A DNA stretch of 64,000 nt from IMG/VR virus record IMGVR_UViG_3300047498_000060, positions 119,296 to 183,295 of that record, one strand, 5' to 3'. This DNA comes from a virus. Positions within the stretch are counted from its first letter, which is position 1; every line of letters begins with the position of its first letter. Of the stretch, positions 9,633-18,552 are shown piece after piece. The notes under the pieces were generated by a model. The model saw only the letters and a list, made by a program, of their open reading frames with translations. It was not told the origin of the DNA and made no database searches. The position numbers and the translations under genes were made by a program.

Positions 9633-12541
9633 CCCTGGTTCGTCGGGCCGCTCCAAGTAGAACGGAGCGGGCCCACACCCGGGAGCTCGCGGTTCGGCGC
9701 GATTATGTCGGGGCGCGGGAACTTGAGCATCGAGGCGAGGAAGCAGTAGAGCACCGCGTGCATCGTGTCGTCAGGACGATCAGGACGATGGTCGTACTGG
9801 AGCATCCGCAGCGTGCTGTTGTACTTCGCGAAGATGTTCAGGAAGTCATTGCCGTGCGGGTCCTCGAACTCGTCCCAGTTCGGGAACTCGATCTGCTTGC
9901 GCTTCACGGCGTTGAAGAGGTCGCTCATCACCTCCGTGCGAACCGCCATGTAGCGGCGGAAGCCGGGGTGGAAGTAGAGCTTCTTCTTGCCACGCGGAAG
10001 GTACTGGTACTTCCAGATGCGCTTCGGTCCGAAGAGGCGTGTCAGGTGGTCGTTGGGGTGGAAGCCTCCGCCGTAGTCGGCGCCCACCAGGAGGACGTTG
10101 AAGTACTGGAGCATCTGCGAGATCTTCGTGAGCTGCGGCTCCGGGTTCACGTCCTCCCCGGTGAAACGGTGCGCATAGAAGATGCGGAATCGGTTGCCGA
10201 TATACGTGCCGAGAACGAGCACCGTGTACGTGTTCTCTCCGGTGTTGCCTTGATAGGCGATGCAGCCGTTGCGCTCCGTGACGATGTAACCGGTGGGGAC
10301 CGCACAGCAGTACACCTTGCCCTTGTAGGGTACGTGCTTCACGGCGTTGTGTGGAACATTCAACTGGTAGTCACGCCCCTCGGACCACAGCGCCCGCCAG
10401 CGCGTCTTGTGGTTGCCTTCTGCGGGCTTGTGGAGGCGGACGACACAGCGAAGGCCGAGGCGGATACAAATCTCCTGGAAGTCGTCGCACAGCCCCTTCG
10501 ACGTCGAGTAAAACGCGCCGCCGGTGCAGCCCTCCCGCGGGTCCGTGTAGCCGTCCCCGTCGACGAGCGCATGGAACAGGATGCGGAGCTGACGCGGCGA
10601 GAGCGATAAGAACTTCCGCGGGATGCGTTTCTCATCCCCCTCGACGCCGATGTTCTCCGCGTACCAGGACCAGTACTGCTTGCCGTAGATGGTCCAGTTC
10701 ACATCGCCGGTCTTCGGATTCGGGAACCGCGAATGAGGTACCGCCAGCTTGTCCAGGCAGCGCTGCATCTTCAGGTAGGTCTCGTGGTTGATGGTCTCAC
10801 GTTGAGACATCTTCACGCACGACATCCGGCCGTCGTCGAAGCACACGCCGCCCTCTGTGATGAGGTAGCCCAGCAACTCGAGCCAGTCGTCCATCGGCAC
10901 CGTGCGCGCATCCGACCCGCCATAGCCAGGAGACGCTGGAAGTCCGGGCAACGTGAATCGCTTGACCTCTTCCCCTACCCAGCTCACGTGCCCGACAAAC
11001 GACACGCAGCCGCCGCGCTCCGCTGTAACACCCGCGGACTCGGTGACCCACTGCTCTCGCCCAGCGACCGTGACGCGCATCCGATGCGTCGTTGTGACCA
11101 TCAGGTCCAGGCCGCCGCGGGTCTTGAAATGGCGCAAAGGCTTGTCCCAATCACGCACCGTTCGCGCTAGTGGGCGCACGAAGGTCATCGCCCGCGTCTC
11201 TGGATCCCACTGTGCCACACGGTCGTCGTCGACGAGGTCGCGGAAGTACTTGAAGCCGTCCTCCGTCAGGATGCGGGTCTCTTCGTCATGGCAACCCCAG
11301 TCTATGCCTGCGAAGACTGGCTGTCCCGCACTGAGAGTCTTGTACTTCTCCAGGCTGTGCGAAAGCATCGAGCCGCCCGTGCAGCACTCCTTCAGCTGCT
11401 GTCGCGTAAGAGGACGCAAGCCGGAGTCGTACGAGATGCCGAGCACTTCGTTGTGGAAACGCGCACGGTCATAGCGCGTGTAGTCCAGCATGATTTCTTG
11501 CCATGACCGCCACGGCACCATCAGCTGCGGGATGCGGTAGCTCTCGAAGATGCCCTTCGACTGGAGCATCGTCCACTGTGCGTCGCTGTGCGCGGGATCG
11601 ATGGGTTTGTGGCACTTCTCACAGGAGAGACCCTTCTTCTGGATGTTCGCCTCCCCAAGGATGTTCCAGTACCGGCCTGTCTCCCCACCGTGCCGGTCGC
11701 AAGGAACGGCCCACTCCCCCATCGTCGACATCGGGGTACCGTCCTTCGACGTCCCGCTGCGGTAGTACTCGATGGAGTTGTCTAGACCCTTGGGTGTACC
11801 TGCGTAGATGAAGCTCTTCCACTTGTCATCGGCGTGGCTGACGGCCTGCTCGATGACCGGGATGTTGTCCGAGAGGATGTCTTGGATCTCGTCGATGCAC
11901 AGACGCCAGGCAGAGATACCTCGGATGCGGTCGGCGTTGAGGAAGGCGTAGCGGAGCGTGATCTTCGAGCGATTCACGAACTGCTTCTCAAAGACGTTCT
12001 GCTGGAGGAGTGTTGTCGTGAAGCCTTTCAAAACGTCGCTGGTCTCGAGAGGTTCTTTCAGGCGGTCGACCGAGAAGGTCTTGGTCTGCGTCGCCGACGG
12101 GGAGACGTAAAGCGTACGGTACCCCGGGACCATGCAAGAGTACGCGACGGCCAGGTTCCCGAGCGCCGTCGACTTCTCGACCTGACGACCGCACATCAGA
12201 TGGATGCGCTTCGCTGGCGTGTCGTAGATGCGCCGCATGTGACGACGGCCGTTGAAGCTGAACGGCACGTGCGTAGGGTCAGTCTCCTTCTGGATGTTCG
12301 TGTTCGGCATCCGGAACGCGAACTCAGTGAACTCCGAAGGCATGACGCTCAGCATCCCCGCCGGTCGTGCGAGGGATGCGTCACCGAAGAGGTCGTAGTC
12401 GCCGCACGGGTCGTCTTCAGGAGCCCAGCCCGACGCGAGAATCTCGTCGATCAGTTCTTGCTCTCGCAGGTCTTCTTCAGCATCCTCGTCGGTGTAGGGC
12501 ACATCGTCCACTGCTACATCCGGTTCAATACCCATCGTCAT
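9629..12541 (-). CDS. terL: Terminase large subunit (GpA-like) with intein
   Basis: CGRQVEKST P-loop, LCIDEIQD Walker B, AGTP motif III, RFHNEVLG, nuclease GIDWG and PDDTMHA. Confidence 0.92.
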   Translation of the reverse strand: MTMGIEPDVAVDDVPYTDEDAEEDLREQELIDEILASGWAPEDDPCGDYDLFGDASLARPAGMLSVMPSEFTEFAFRMPNTNIQKETDPTHVPFSFNGRRHMRRIYDTPAKRIHLMCGRQVEKSTALGNLAVAYSCMVPGYRTLYVSPSATQTKTFSVDRLKEPLETSDVLKGFTTTLLQQNVFEKQFVNRSKITLRYAFLNADRIRGISAWRLCIDEIQDILSDNIPVIEQAVSHADDKWKSFIYAGTPKGLDNSIEYYRSGTSKDGTPMSTMGEWAVPCDRHGGETGRYWNILGEANIQKKGLSCEKCHKPIDPAHSDAQWTMLQSKGIFESYRIPQLMVPWRSWQEIMLDYTRYDRARFHNEVLGISYDSGLRPLTRQQLKECCTGGSMLSHSLEKYKTLSAGQPVFAGIDWGCHDEETRILTEDGFKYFRDLVDDDRVAQWDPETRAMTFVRPLARTVRDWDKPLRHFKTRGGLDLMVTTTHRMRVTVAGREQWVTESAGVTAERGGCVSFVGHVSWVGEEVKRFTLPGLPASPGYGGSDARTVPMDDWLELLGYLITEGGVCFDDGRMSCVKMSQRETINHETYLKMQRCLDKLAVPHSRFPNPKTGDVNWTIYGKQYWSWYAENIGVEGDEKRIPRKFLSLSPRQLRILFHALVDGDGYTDPREGCTGGAFYSTSKGLCDDFQEICIRLGLRCVVRLHKPAEGNHKTRWRALWSEGRDYQLNVPHNAVKHVPYKGKVYCCAVPTGYIVTERNGCIAYQGNTGENTYTVLVLGTYIGNRFRIFYAHRFTGEDVNPEPQLTKISQMLQYFNVLLVGADYGGGFHPNDHLTRLFGPKRIWKYQYLPRGKKKLYFHPGFRRYMAVRTEVMSDLFNAVKRKQIEFPNWDEFEDPHGNDFLNIFAKYNSTLRMLQYDHRPDRPDDTMHAVLYCFLASMLKFPRPDIIAPNRELPGVGPLRSTWSGPTNQG
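10244..11293 (-). mobile_element. Intein with LAGLIDADG endonuclease (350 aa) in terminase nuclease motif
   Basis: GIDWG|CHDEETRILT, VTTTHRM, LLGYLITEG, LVDGDG, VYCCAVP...YQGN|T. Confidence 0.95.
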
Positions 12542-12860
12542 GTTTCCACCGAAGCCTACTCACAACCCGCAAGAGCTGCTGAACAATCTCTGGATGAGTG
12601 TTCAACGTGCTGGGCCGGTCTTCACCGCGGACGCGAACATCATCCCGAAGGGAGACAAGCAAAGCTGCTCCATCTGTCTCGCGCCTGGCACCCTGATGCA
12701 CGAGGTGAGACACGCCTTGCGGCGGTACATCAAGGCATACGCCAGGGACAGCGGCTGGCACTTGAGCGACATCCGCTTTGAGCGCAGCTACTTAGCCTTC
12801 TCCATCGAGCCCTCAAGCGCGGAATCGAGCCTGTCACAGAATCCAAGTGCGAAGCGCTGA
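12540..12860 (+). CDS. Hypothetical protein
   Basis: 106 aa with globular composition, filling the only gap between two minus-strand genes. Confidence 0.5.
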   Translation: MFPPKPTHNPQELLNNLWMSVQRAGPVFTADANIIPKGDKQSCSICLAPGTLMHEVRHALRRYIKAYARDSGWHLSDIRFERSYLAFSIEPSSAESSLSQNPSAKR

Positions 12861-13258
12861 GGGTCTAGCTTCATCCCGGCCCCCTTCGCGCGTAGCCACC
12901 AAGAGGCCTTCTCCTCCGTATACGCCGCGACCAGCCGGCGCTCGTCGGCGTCGAAGTACTCCTTCGCGACCTCCTCCATCACCTGCGGAAAGAGTTCAAG
13001 CCAGTACTTGTGCGGGGTCAGCGACAGAGTGAACGTTCCGTCAGGAGTCACCCAGTGCGGCAATGCGTTGGCTTCCTTGGTGACGTAGAAGTGATAGACC
13101 GCGTCCCCTTCCGTCACCGCCACTTCGGCAGAGAAGGTCGTGAGGTCCTCAACCCTCGTGAAGTGGAGGGGCAGAAGGGGGAGCACCCCCTTCTGTTCCC
13201 CCGAGACCGTCTGCGTCACCTGGGTCGGGGTCAACTTCGTCGCTGTCATCTTTCCCAT
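12788..13258 (-). CDS. Hypothetical protein
   Basis: 156 aa with genome-typical codon usage. Confidence 0.6.
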   Translation of the reverse strand: MGKMTATKLTPTQVTQTVSGEQKGVLPLLPLHFTRVEDLTTFSAEVAVTEGDAVYHFYVTKEANALPHWVTPDGTFTLSLTPHKYWLELFPQVMEEVAKEYFDADERRLVAAYTEEKASWWLRAKGAGMKLDPQRFALGFCDRLDSALEGSMEKAK

Positions 13259-14186
13259 CGGGCATTCCCTTCATCGGCACGAGCTCTGCTGTGTGGTTTC
13301 CCGTACCCCCAGAGAGCTCGGCAATCGTGGGGACGGGAGTCGGGTCTGTGCGCAGAGCAATGGTCTCGAGGCCCTTGAGCCCGTCGTTCGGACGTCCCAG
13401 TGTCTGCTGGATGTTCGTGATCGTCTGGGCCGCGTTCAGCCAGGTCGCGTACTCCTCCGCTGCATGCGGTCCACCGATCATCAGCGCCTGGGCAGCTGCG
13501 TGGAAAGTCCGTGCTACGAGATCCTCGATGCTCTCCATGATGTTCCCCACAGGGGGCAGGAAGCCGAGAGCCTGCTGCACCGCGTACGCTGAGAACACCG
13601 AGTTCGGCATCGAGACGGCGAAGTAGCGGGGGTCCTTGTAGTAGGCGCGCCTCAGGATGTCGGAACGACCTTTGAGCTCCGGGATGGACTCCTCCATGAT
13701 CTTGTAGCGAATCTCCAAGAGGATGCGGAGCTTCGGTACGTCGAGCGCGGTGGTATCCCAGAAGTAGTGCTTGTACAACCCGACAGAATCAGGGGTCGCA
13801 AAGACCTGGTACGCACGCATCAACGCAGTGGCGATTGTCAGAAAGCTCTGCCCGCACATGAGCATCGCCTCGACCTGCAGCTTGGCGCGCGCGTGCTCGA
13901 GGATGGACCGGGACAACCGCATCGTCTGGTCCGGAATGTAGAACCGGTTGATGCCGTTCTCGCAGATGTACATGAACGACGGCTGATGACTCTGGTCCGT
14001 CGGATAGAAGATCCGCGGCCGAGGCGGCATCTTCTTTCGGAGGCTGTCGATGTACTCCGGCGAGATGAAGTCGAGCCCGTCATCGATGAGACGCTCCTTG
14101 ATGTCGGCCGAGGAGTACTCGTCGGGATGGACTACCAGCGCACGGATGTACCGCTCAGCAGGGCTGGTTAGGCGGAGTGATGCCAC
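13149..14186 (-). CDS. Hypothetical helical protein (terminase small subunit candidate)
   Basis: Start reassigned to GTG 14186. First gene of the unit leading to terL, with an HTH-like segment. Function inferred from position only. Confidence 0.5.
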   Translation of the reverse strand: MASLRLTSPAERYIRALVVHPDEYSSADIKERLIDDGLDFISPEYIDSLRKKMPPRPRIFYPTDQSHQPSFMYICENGINRFYIPDQTMRLSRSILEHARAKLQVEAMLMCGQSFLTIATALMRAYQVFATPDSVGLYKHYFWDTTALDVPKLRILLEIRYKIMEESIPELKGRSDILRRAYYKDPRYFAVSMPNSVFSAYAVQQALGFLPPVGNIMESIEDLVARTFHAAAQALMIGGPHAAEEYATWLNAAQTITNIQQTLGRPNDGLKGLETIALRTDPTPVPTIAELSGGTGNHTAELVPMKGMPDGKDDSDEVDPDPGDADGLGGTEGGAPPSAPPLHEG

Positions 14187-14192
14187 AGCCCG

Positions 14193-14221
14193 GTAATAGC
14201 GTCCTGACAGGCTTATGTAAA
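14193..14221 (-). promoter_or_regulatory. sigma70-like promoter TTTACA-17-TATTAC, 6 nt before GTG
   Basis: Read on the reverse strand; same geometry as the 8446 site. Confidence 0.5.
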
Positions 14222-14268
14222 GGCTAACTTCGCTGTACCTTCGGCTATAAGAGACGAAGGAGAGCAAC

Positions 14269-14880
14269 ATGCCCTACGCCAGCGCAGAGACGCGTCGACT
14301 GTACAACATCTGGAACCAGATGCGTCTGCGCTGTACCGACCACAATCACGATGCCTACGTGATCTACGGTCACCGAGGCATCACAGTGTGCCCTCGTTGG
14401 CTGCCCGGCTTCGACAAGTACAACCTGAAGAAGGGCTTCGCAGCTTTCTGTGAAGACATGTCGCCGCACCCAGGTCCTGGTTACTCACTCGATCGAAAGG
14501 ACAACGATGAGGGGTACTCGAAGGAGAATTGCCGTTGGGCAACCAAAGAAGAGCAAAACAGGAACAAAAGAAACAATCACATCATCACATACAAAGGGCG
14601 CACTCAGACTGCCGTGGCTTGGGCGCAGGAGTTGTTCCCGGAGAATCCCGGACGCATCCAGACACGCCTAGCTAAAGGTTGGTCCGTAGAGGACGCACTA
14701 GGTACGCCCATCCGCCTGAAAACGGCCGCGCGGCGACGAGGTCCTTTGACGCACAAAGGGGAAACACTGTCCGTGCAGGAGTGGGCTACGCGGCTATTCC
14801 CCGAGAATCCAAGCATCCTACACGTACGACTAGGACGCGGCTGGGATCCTGAGCGCGCCTTATCGACACCAGCGCGCTAG
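14269..14880 (+). CDS. Free-standing HNH homing endonuclease with two C-terminal DNA-binding repeats
   Basis: LYNIWNQMRLRC, YGHRGITVCPRW, SLDRKDNDEGYSKENCRWAT. Repeats ITYKGRTQT..WAQELFPENP and LTHKGETLS..WATRLFPENP. Confidence 0.85.
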   Translation: MPYASAETRRLYNIWNQMRLRCTDHNHDAYVIYGHRGITVCPRWLPGFDKYNLKKGFAAFCEDMSPHPGPGYSLDRKDNDEGYSKENCRWATKEEQNRNKRNNHIITYKGRTQTAVAWAQELFPENPGRIQTRLAKGWSVEDALGTPIRLKTAARRRGPLTHKGETLSVQEWATRLFPENPSILHVRLGRGWDPERALSTPAR

Positions 14881-14904
14881 GCAAGGAGACTTCTAGCCTT
14901 TTGC

Positions 14905-17220
14905 TTAGCCAGCGGTGAAAGCAAGCTGCTGGAGACCCTCGATCACTTGCTCCACGGTGCGCATCGCCTTCTCGAGTGCGGGGACAGGAATGTTCCGCAG
15001 ACCGAGGCGTGCTGCCAGAAGGAGCTCGCAGATCTTCTCTTGCGCCTCGTCGATCTTCGGGAGGTACGAGATGAAGACGCCGAGGTTCTCTGCGTTGAGG
15101 AAGCCGAGGGAAAGAACCGCATCGACTGCCGTAGGGTCCGGGATGATCGCAGCCTCCTTCACGAGGTCACGCTTCAGCCAGGTTGCTGCCTCGGCGGCAG
15201 GCCCAGCCTCCGCAGCGAGTTTTGCCGCATCTATCTTTGTCTGAAACGCGGCGGGCTGGATGTAGTGCGCCACGCGCACGTCGACGGGCACGTTGTGGTA
15301 CTCCGCCTCGCCCATCTTCTTCTGAGCGTAGGCCATGTCCACGCCGAGGCCCGCGAGGAGGAAGAGCGTGTCGTCGATGCTCATGAAGGAGCGTTCGTCC
15401 GACGCGAGCTTGTCGACGGGGAAGCCGCTGACAGAGAAGGCCCCACCGCCACCGCGGAGGGTGACGGTCGCGAGCGCGCGCTGCGCCTGGGCTTCTTTGC
15501 TGAAGCCCTCCGGCTTCTCGACGAGCGTGGTGTCCTCCGCCTTGTCGAGCGGCAGCCAGGAGAACGTGTCGGGGATGAGCAGACGGTCGCCGTCGGGGGA
15601 CGGCATGACCTTCTGGATGTTCGGCTGCACCGAGATCTGCACTTCGCGGCCGTCATACGTGACGCAATGGAGCACCGCGCCGCCGTTCTGCTGGTCGTTG
15701 ACCGAGCCCTTCACGGTGACCGGGATGGTGGCCTCCGCCTTGCCGTTCTGGAGCACGTGGTAGAAGCACCCCACTCCCTTCGGAGTCCCCTCGAAGATGC
15801 TGCCTCCGTGGCCCGCGTGAACGCCGGCGATGTCGCTCTGGACCGCGTAGTGGCTGCCGTTGGTAAAGAGGGCGATGGGAAGTGACGTGCCGTCGACGTC
15901 GATGAGGTTCGGAAAGACGTAACCGACCAGGTGCCGGCCTTTCTCGTCCTGCACCTTGTACATCCCGAAGTGGTCGATGGGCATCGGCTTGTCTTCTTCG
16001 GGGCTCTCCGGCTCACCCACAGGCTTGTCGACGACGTTCTTGTCGGCTGCCTCGCCTTCCGCGGGCGGCTGATCCACGGTCATCGTTGCAGAACCCGTCT
16101 CGTCTGCCGCAAGGACGACCTTTCCACCGAGCAGCCTGTAGGCCGCGCCGCGGTCGAGGAGCTCTTCCTTCGGAGCCCAGCTGACGCGCGAGGCGGACTT
16201 CGCCAGGTACCCCTCGTCCACCTTCTGGAGTTGGATGACCGTCGGACGGATGGCATCTGCTTCGGCTGTCTTCGGGGTGTACTCCAGGAGCGCCTTCAGA
16301 GAGTCGCCCGATGCGTTACCGTTGGCGACGAACTGCCGCTGCAAGCCCATGTCGCTGCCCATCTTGGCGATGAACGCGTCGTAGTCCTTCTCGGCGATGG
16401 TCGGCAGGATGGCTGCGAGGACCGAGGCCGCCTTCGGCATCGCGGCCGTGGCCTTCGTTGCCGCGATGTTCGCGCCGGCCAGGTACTTCTGCCCCTTGGC
16501 TGCAGCAGCTCCACCCTCGCCCACCATCTGAGCTCCGCGCCCCATCATCGAGCGCGACGCGCCGGCGAGTGCCTGCGGATTCGTCTGCTTCTTCAGATAA
16601 CTACCGACGGTCGAGAGACTCAGCGCCTGCTTCACTTTGGCCTGCTTCGCCTCTGCGTAGGCCTCCTCGAGGAACGACTCGAACGCCGAGCCCTCTTTCC
16701 CCATGCCCACACTCATCGTGGCGCCGCCCCCGCCGAAGCCGTAGTTCTGACGGTACGGCGGGTAGAGCTGGCCGATGAGGGACATGTCGCCGGGCCCGCG
16801 GCCTGTGATGTCGAAGGCCTGGGGGCGGAAGATGGCCTGGCGCAGGCGCATCTCCGTGAGGGGCAGGAGCTTCGACTCGCCGGCGACCATCAGGTCGAGA
16901 GGCTGGAGCTTCTTGTCCTTGATGATGACGGGGACGCGCACCTTCTGGATGCCAGCCGCCGCGCTCCCCGCCGGGTCAGCGCCGTGCTGAATCTCGGTCT
17001 TGTTCTGGATCTCGAGATGACCGAAGCCGTACCCGCGCTCCCCGTCGACCTTGTCCATCGTGACCTGCGGCTCGAAGTCCGCAACGAACGGGCACTGCTT
17101 GTAGACCTCCTGCATGACCTCGGTCGGCCACTGGTTGGGGTCGTCGGAGAGCATCGTCTCCCCACCGGCGGTCTTCTCGAACTCGACATCGGGGGTGAGG
17201 AACAGCGGCTGCATCGTCAT
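14905..17220 (-). CDS. Large virion structural/internal head protein
   Basis: 771 aa, GGAG RBS, multiple KxA motifs (EKTAG, VKQAL, DKLAS, VKEAA). Confidence 0.6.
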   Translation of the reverse strand: MTMQPLFLTPDVEFEKTAGGETMLSDDPNQWPTEVMQEVYKQCPFVADFEPQVTMDKVDGERGYGFGHLEIQNKTEIQHGADPAGSAAAGIQKVRVPVIIKDKKLQPLDLMVAGESKLLPLTEMRLRQAIFRPQAFDITGRGPGDMSLIGQLYPPYRQNYGFGGGGATMSVGMGKEGSAFESFLEEAYAEAKQAKVKQALSLSTVGSYLKKQTNPQALAGASRSMMGRGAQMVGEGGAAAAKGQKYLAGANIAATKATAAMPKAASVLAAILPTIAEKDYDAFIAKMGSDMGLQRQFVANGNASGDSLKALLEYTPKTAEADAIRPTVIQLQKVDEGYLAKSASRVSWAPKEELLDRGAAYRLLGGKVVLAADETGSATMTVDQPPAEGEAADKNVVDKPVGEPESPEEDKPMPIDHFGMYKVQDEKGRHLVGYVFPNLIDVDGTSLPIALFTNGSHYAVQSDIAGVHAGHGGSIFEGTPKGVGCFYHVLQNGKAEATIPVTVKGSVNDQQNGGAVLHCVTYDGREVQISVQPNIQKVMPSPDGDRLLIPDTFSWLPLDKAEDTTLVEKPEGFSKEAQAQRALATVTLRGGGGAFSVSGFPVDKLASDERSFMSIDDTLFLLAGLGVDMAYAQKKMGEAEYHNVPVDVRVAHYIQPAAFQTKIDAAKLAAEAGPAAEAATWLKRDLVKEAAIIPDPTAVDAVLSLGFLNAENLGVFISYLPKIDEAQEKICELLLAARLGLRNIPVPALEKAMRTVEQVIEGLQQLAFTAG

Positions 17221-17238
17221 GGGCGGTCTCCGTCGACA

Positions 17239-17267
17239 AGCGTACCAAGAACAGACTCTGCGTGGAA
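17239..17267 (-). promoter_or_regulatory. sigma70-like promoter TTCCAC-17-TACGCT with TGn extension
   Basis: Lies in the short intergenic gap upstream of the 771-aa gene. Confidence 0.55.
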
Positions 17268-17272
17268 CAACG

Positions 17273-17947
17273 CTAGCCGGTCAGGAAGATGGCGGACATT
17301 GCAGTCGCTGCCGTCGGGTCCTTCGTGATGAGCATGATACCGGCCACGTCATCCGTCGGAAGAATCGTCGTAGATCCGAAGGGCCCACTGCCTGTGATGC
17401 CACCGGCGGCGATCATTCCGTAGAAGTCCGCCCCTACGCTCTGCAGAGTCTCGGTGCCTTGAGCAGGGAAGCCGAAGGCGAGCAGCATCACCGGACCCGC
17501 AGACACGGCTGCGCTGATCGTAGCGATGAGGTCAATGATGGGGAGCTTGATCGCGAGCGAGGCGCTGATGAGTGCCTGGATGCCGGCCACCTGCACACCC
17601 AAGAGGGCGGTCAGTCCTAGAGACGCGGACAACGAAGCGCTCAGCTGCACCGAAATCGAGGGAAGTCCAAGCGAGAGAAGAACGCTGATGCTCGCCTGAA
17701 TCTGGATGCTGGCCTGGAGCTGAGCTTCGAGCGCCGCGATGGGGTTCGAGATCGAGAGGCCGACGTTCAACTGGAAGGAAAGCGACGCTTGTAACTGCAG
17801 AGACAGGCTGATGCCTAACGTGCCCAAGCCGAAGCTGCCCGTAAGCATCAGATCGAACTGCGCAAGCAGCGGCACAATGGCCGTGATGGAGCCGTCGAGC
17901 GCGACGTTGATGGCTCCGAGCGGAAGTGCGCCGATGACCGTCAGCAT
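17273..17947 (-). CDS. Highly hydrophobic protein
   Basis: 224 aa rich in L/I/S/A/G with almost no charged residues. Confidence 0.65.
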   Translation of the reverse strand: MLTVIGALPLGAINVALDGSITAIVPLLAQFDLMLTGSFGLGTLGISLSLQLQASLSFQLNVGLSISNPIAALEAQLQASIQIQASISVLLSLGLPSISVQLSASLSASLGLTALLGVQVAGIQALISASLAIKLPIIDLIATISAAVSAGPVMLLAFGFPAQGTETLQSVGADFYGMIAAGGITGSGPFGSTTILPTDDVAGIMLITKDPTAATAMSAIFLTG

Positions 17948-18549
17948 GCTGTGGTTACTGTACGCGCAGGCGGGTTCGTCAGGTAGCTGGCTGCACGTAA
18001 GAGGAGAGCTGGGTCGTCCTTGAAGCGGCCGATGCCCTGGTTACAATTTGTGCACAGTAGGCCGCGCACTTGTTTCTTCGAGTGATCATGGTCCACACGC
18101 CAACGTACCGGCTTTCCGTTCCGAACCTGCGGCTCTTTGCGCCCGCAGATTGCGCAGCATCCTCCCTGCATTCTCTCGAGCTCTTCGTACTGCTCGAGTG
18201 CGATGCCGTAGCTTGACTTGAGCTTGGAGGATACGACCTCACGTGGATGTGCTGCTGCATACTCCCGTTGGTACTTCGCAGCGCGTATTAGCTGCTTGGC
18301 GTGCTGTGCAGGATCTTCCTTACGCCGCTGCTCTTTCGCGCGCAGCTTCTCTGGGTTTCTAGCTCGCCACGCAGCATCTTGGGCGCGAGTAGCATCCGGG
18401 TGAGCTGCCCGCCACTCGCGCACCTTCGCTGCGTGCGCTGCGCGTCCCTCCGGTGTGACTCGCTGCTTTTGCGCTTGCTCCCGATTGTACCGACGACGCT
18501 GGTCTAGGTCTTTGAAAGGCATGCCTTCGGGTACTGTTTCAGGCGGCAA
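17941..18549 (-). CDS. Endonuclease VII-family HNH nuclease (intact)
   Basis: YGIALEQY...QGGCCAIC...VDHDH...VRGLLCTNCNQGIG. Confidence 0.88.
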   Translation of the reverse strand: MPPETVPEGMPFKDLDQRRRYNREQAQKQRVTPEGRAAHAAKVREWRAAHPDATRAQDAAWRARNPEKLRAKEQRRKEDPAQHAKQLIRAAKYQREYAAAHPREVVSSKLKSSYGIALEQYEELERMQGGCCAICGRKEPQVRNGKPVRWRVDHDHSKKQVRGLLCTNCNQGIGRFKDDPALLLRAASYLTNPPARTVTTAC

Positions 18550-18552
18550 TCG

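Noticed and set aside
13245-13260. GGGAAAG slippery heptamer on the minus strand in the overlap of two ORFs
   Set aside because: In the upstream ORF it is phased GAT GGG AAA, not X_XXY_YYZ. It is correctly phased only at the start codon of the downstream ORF.
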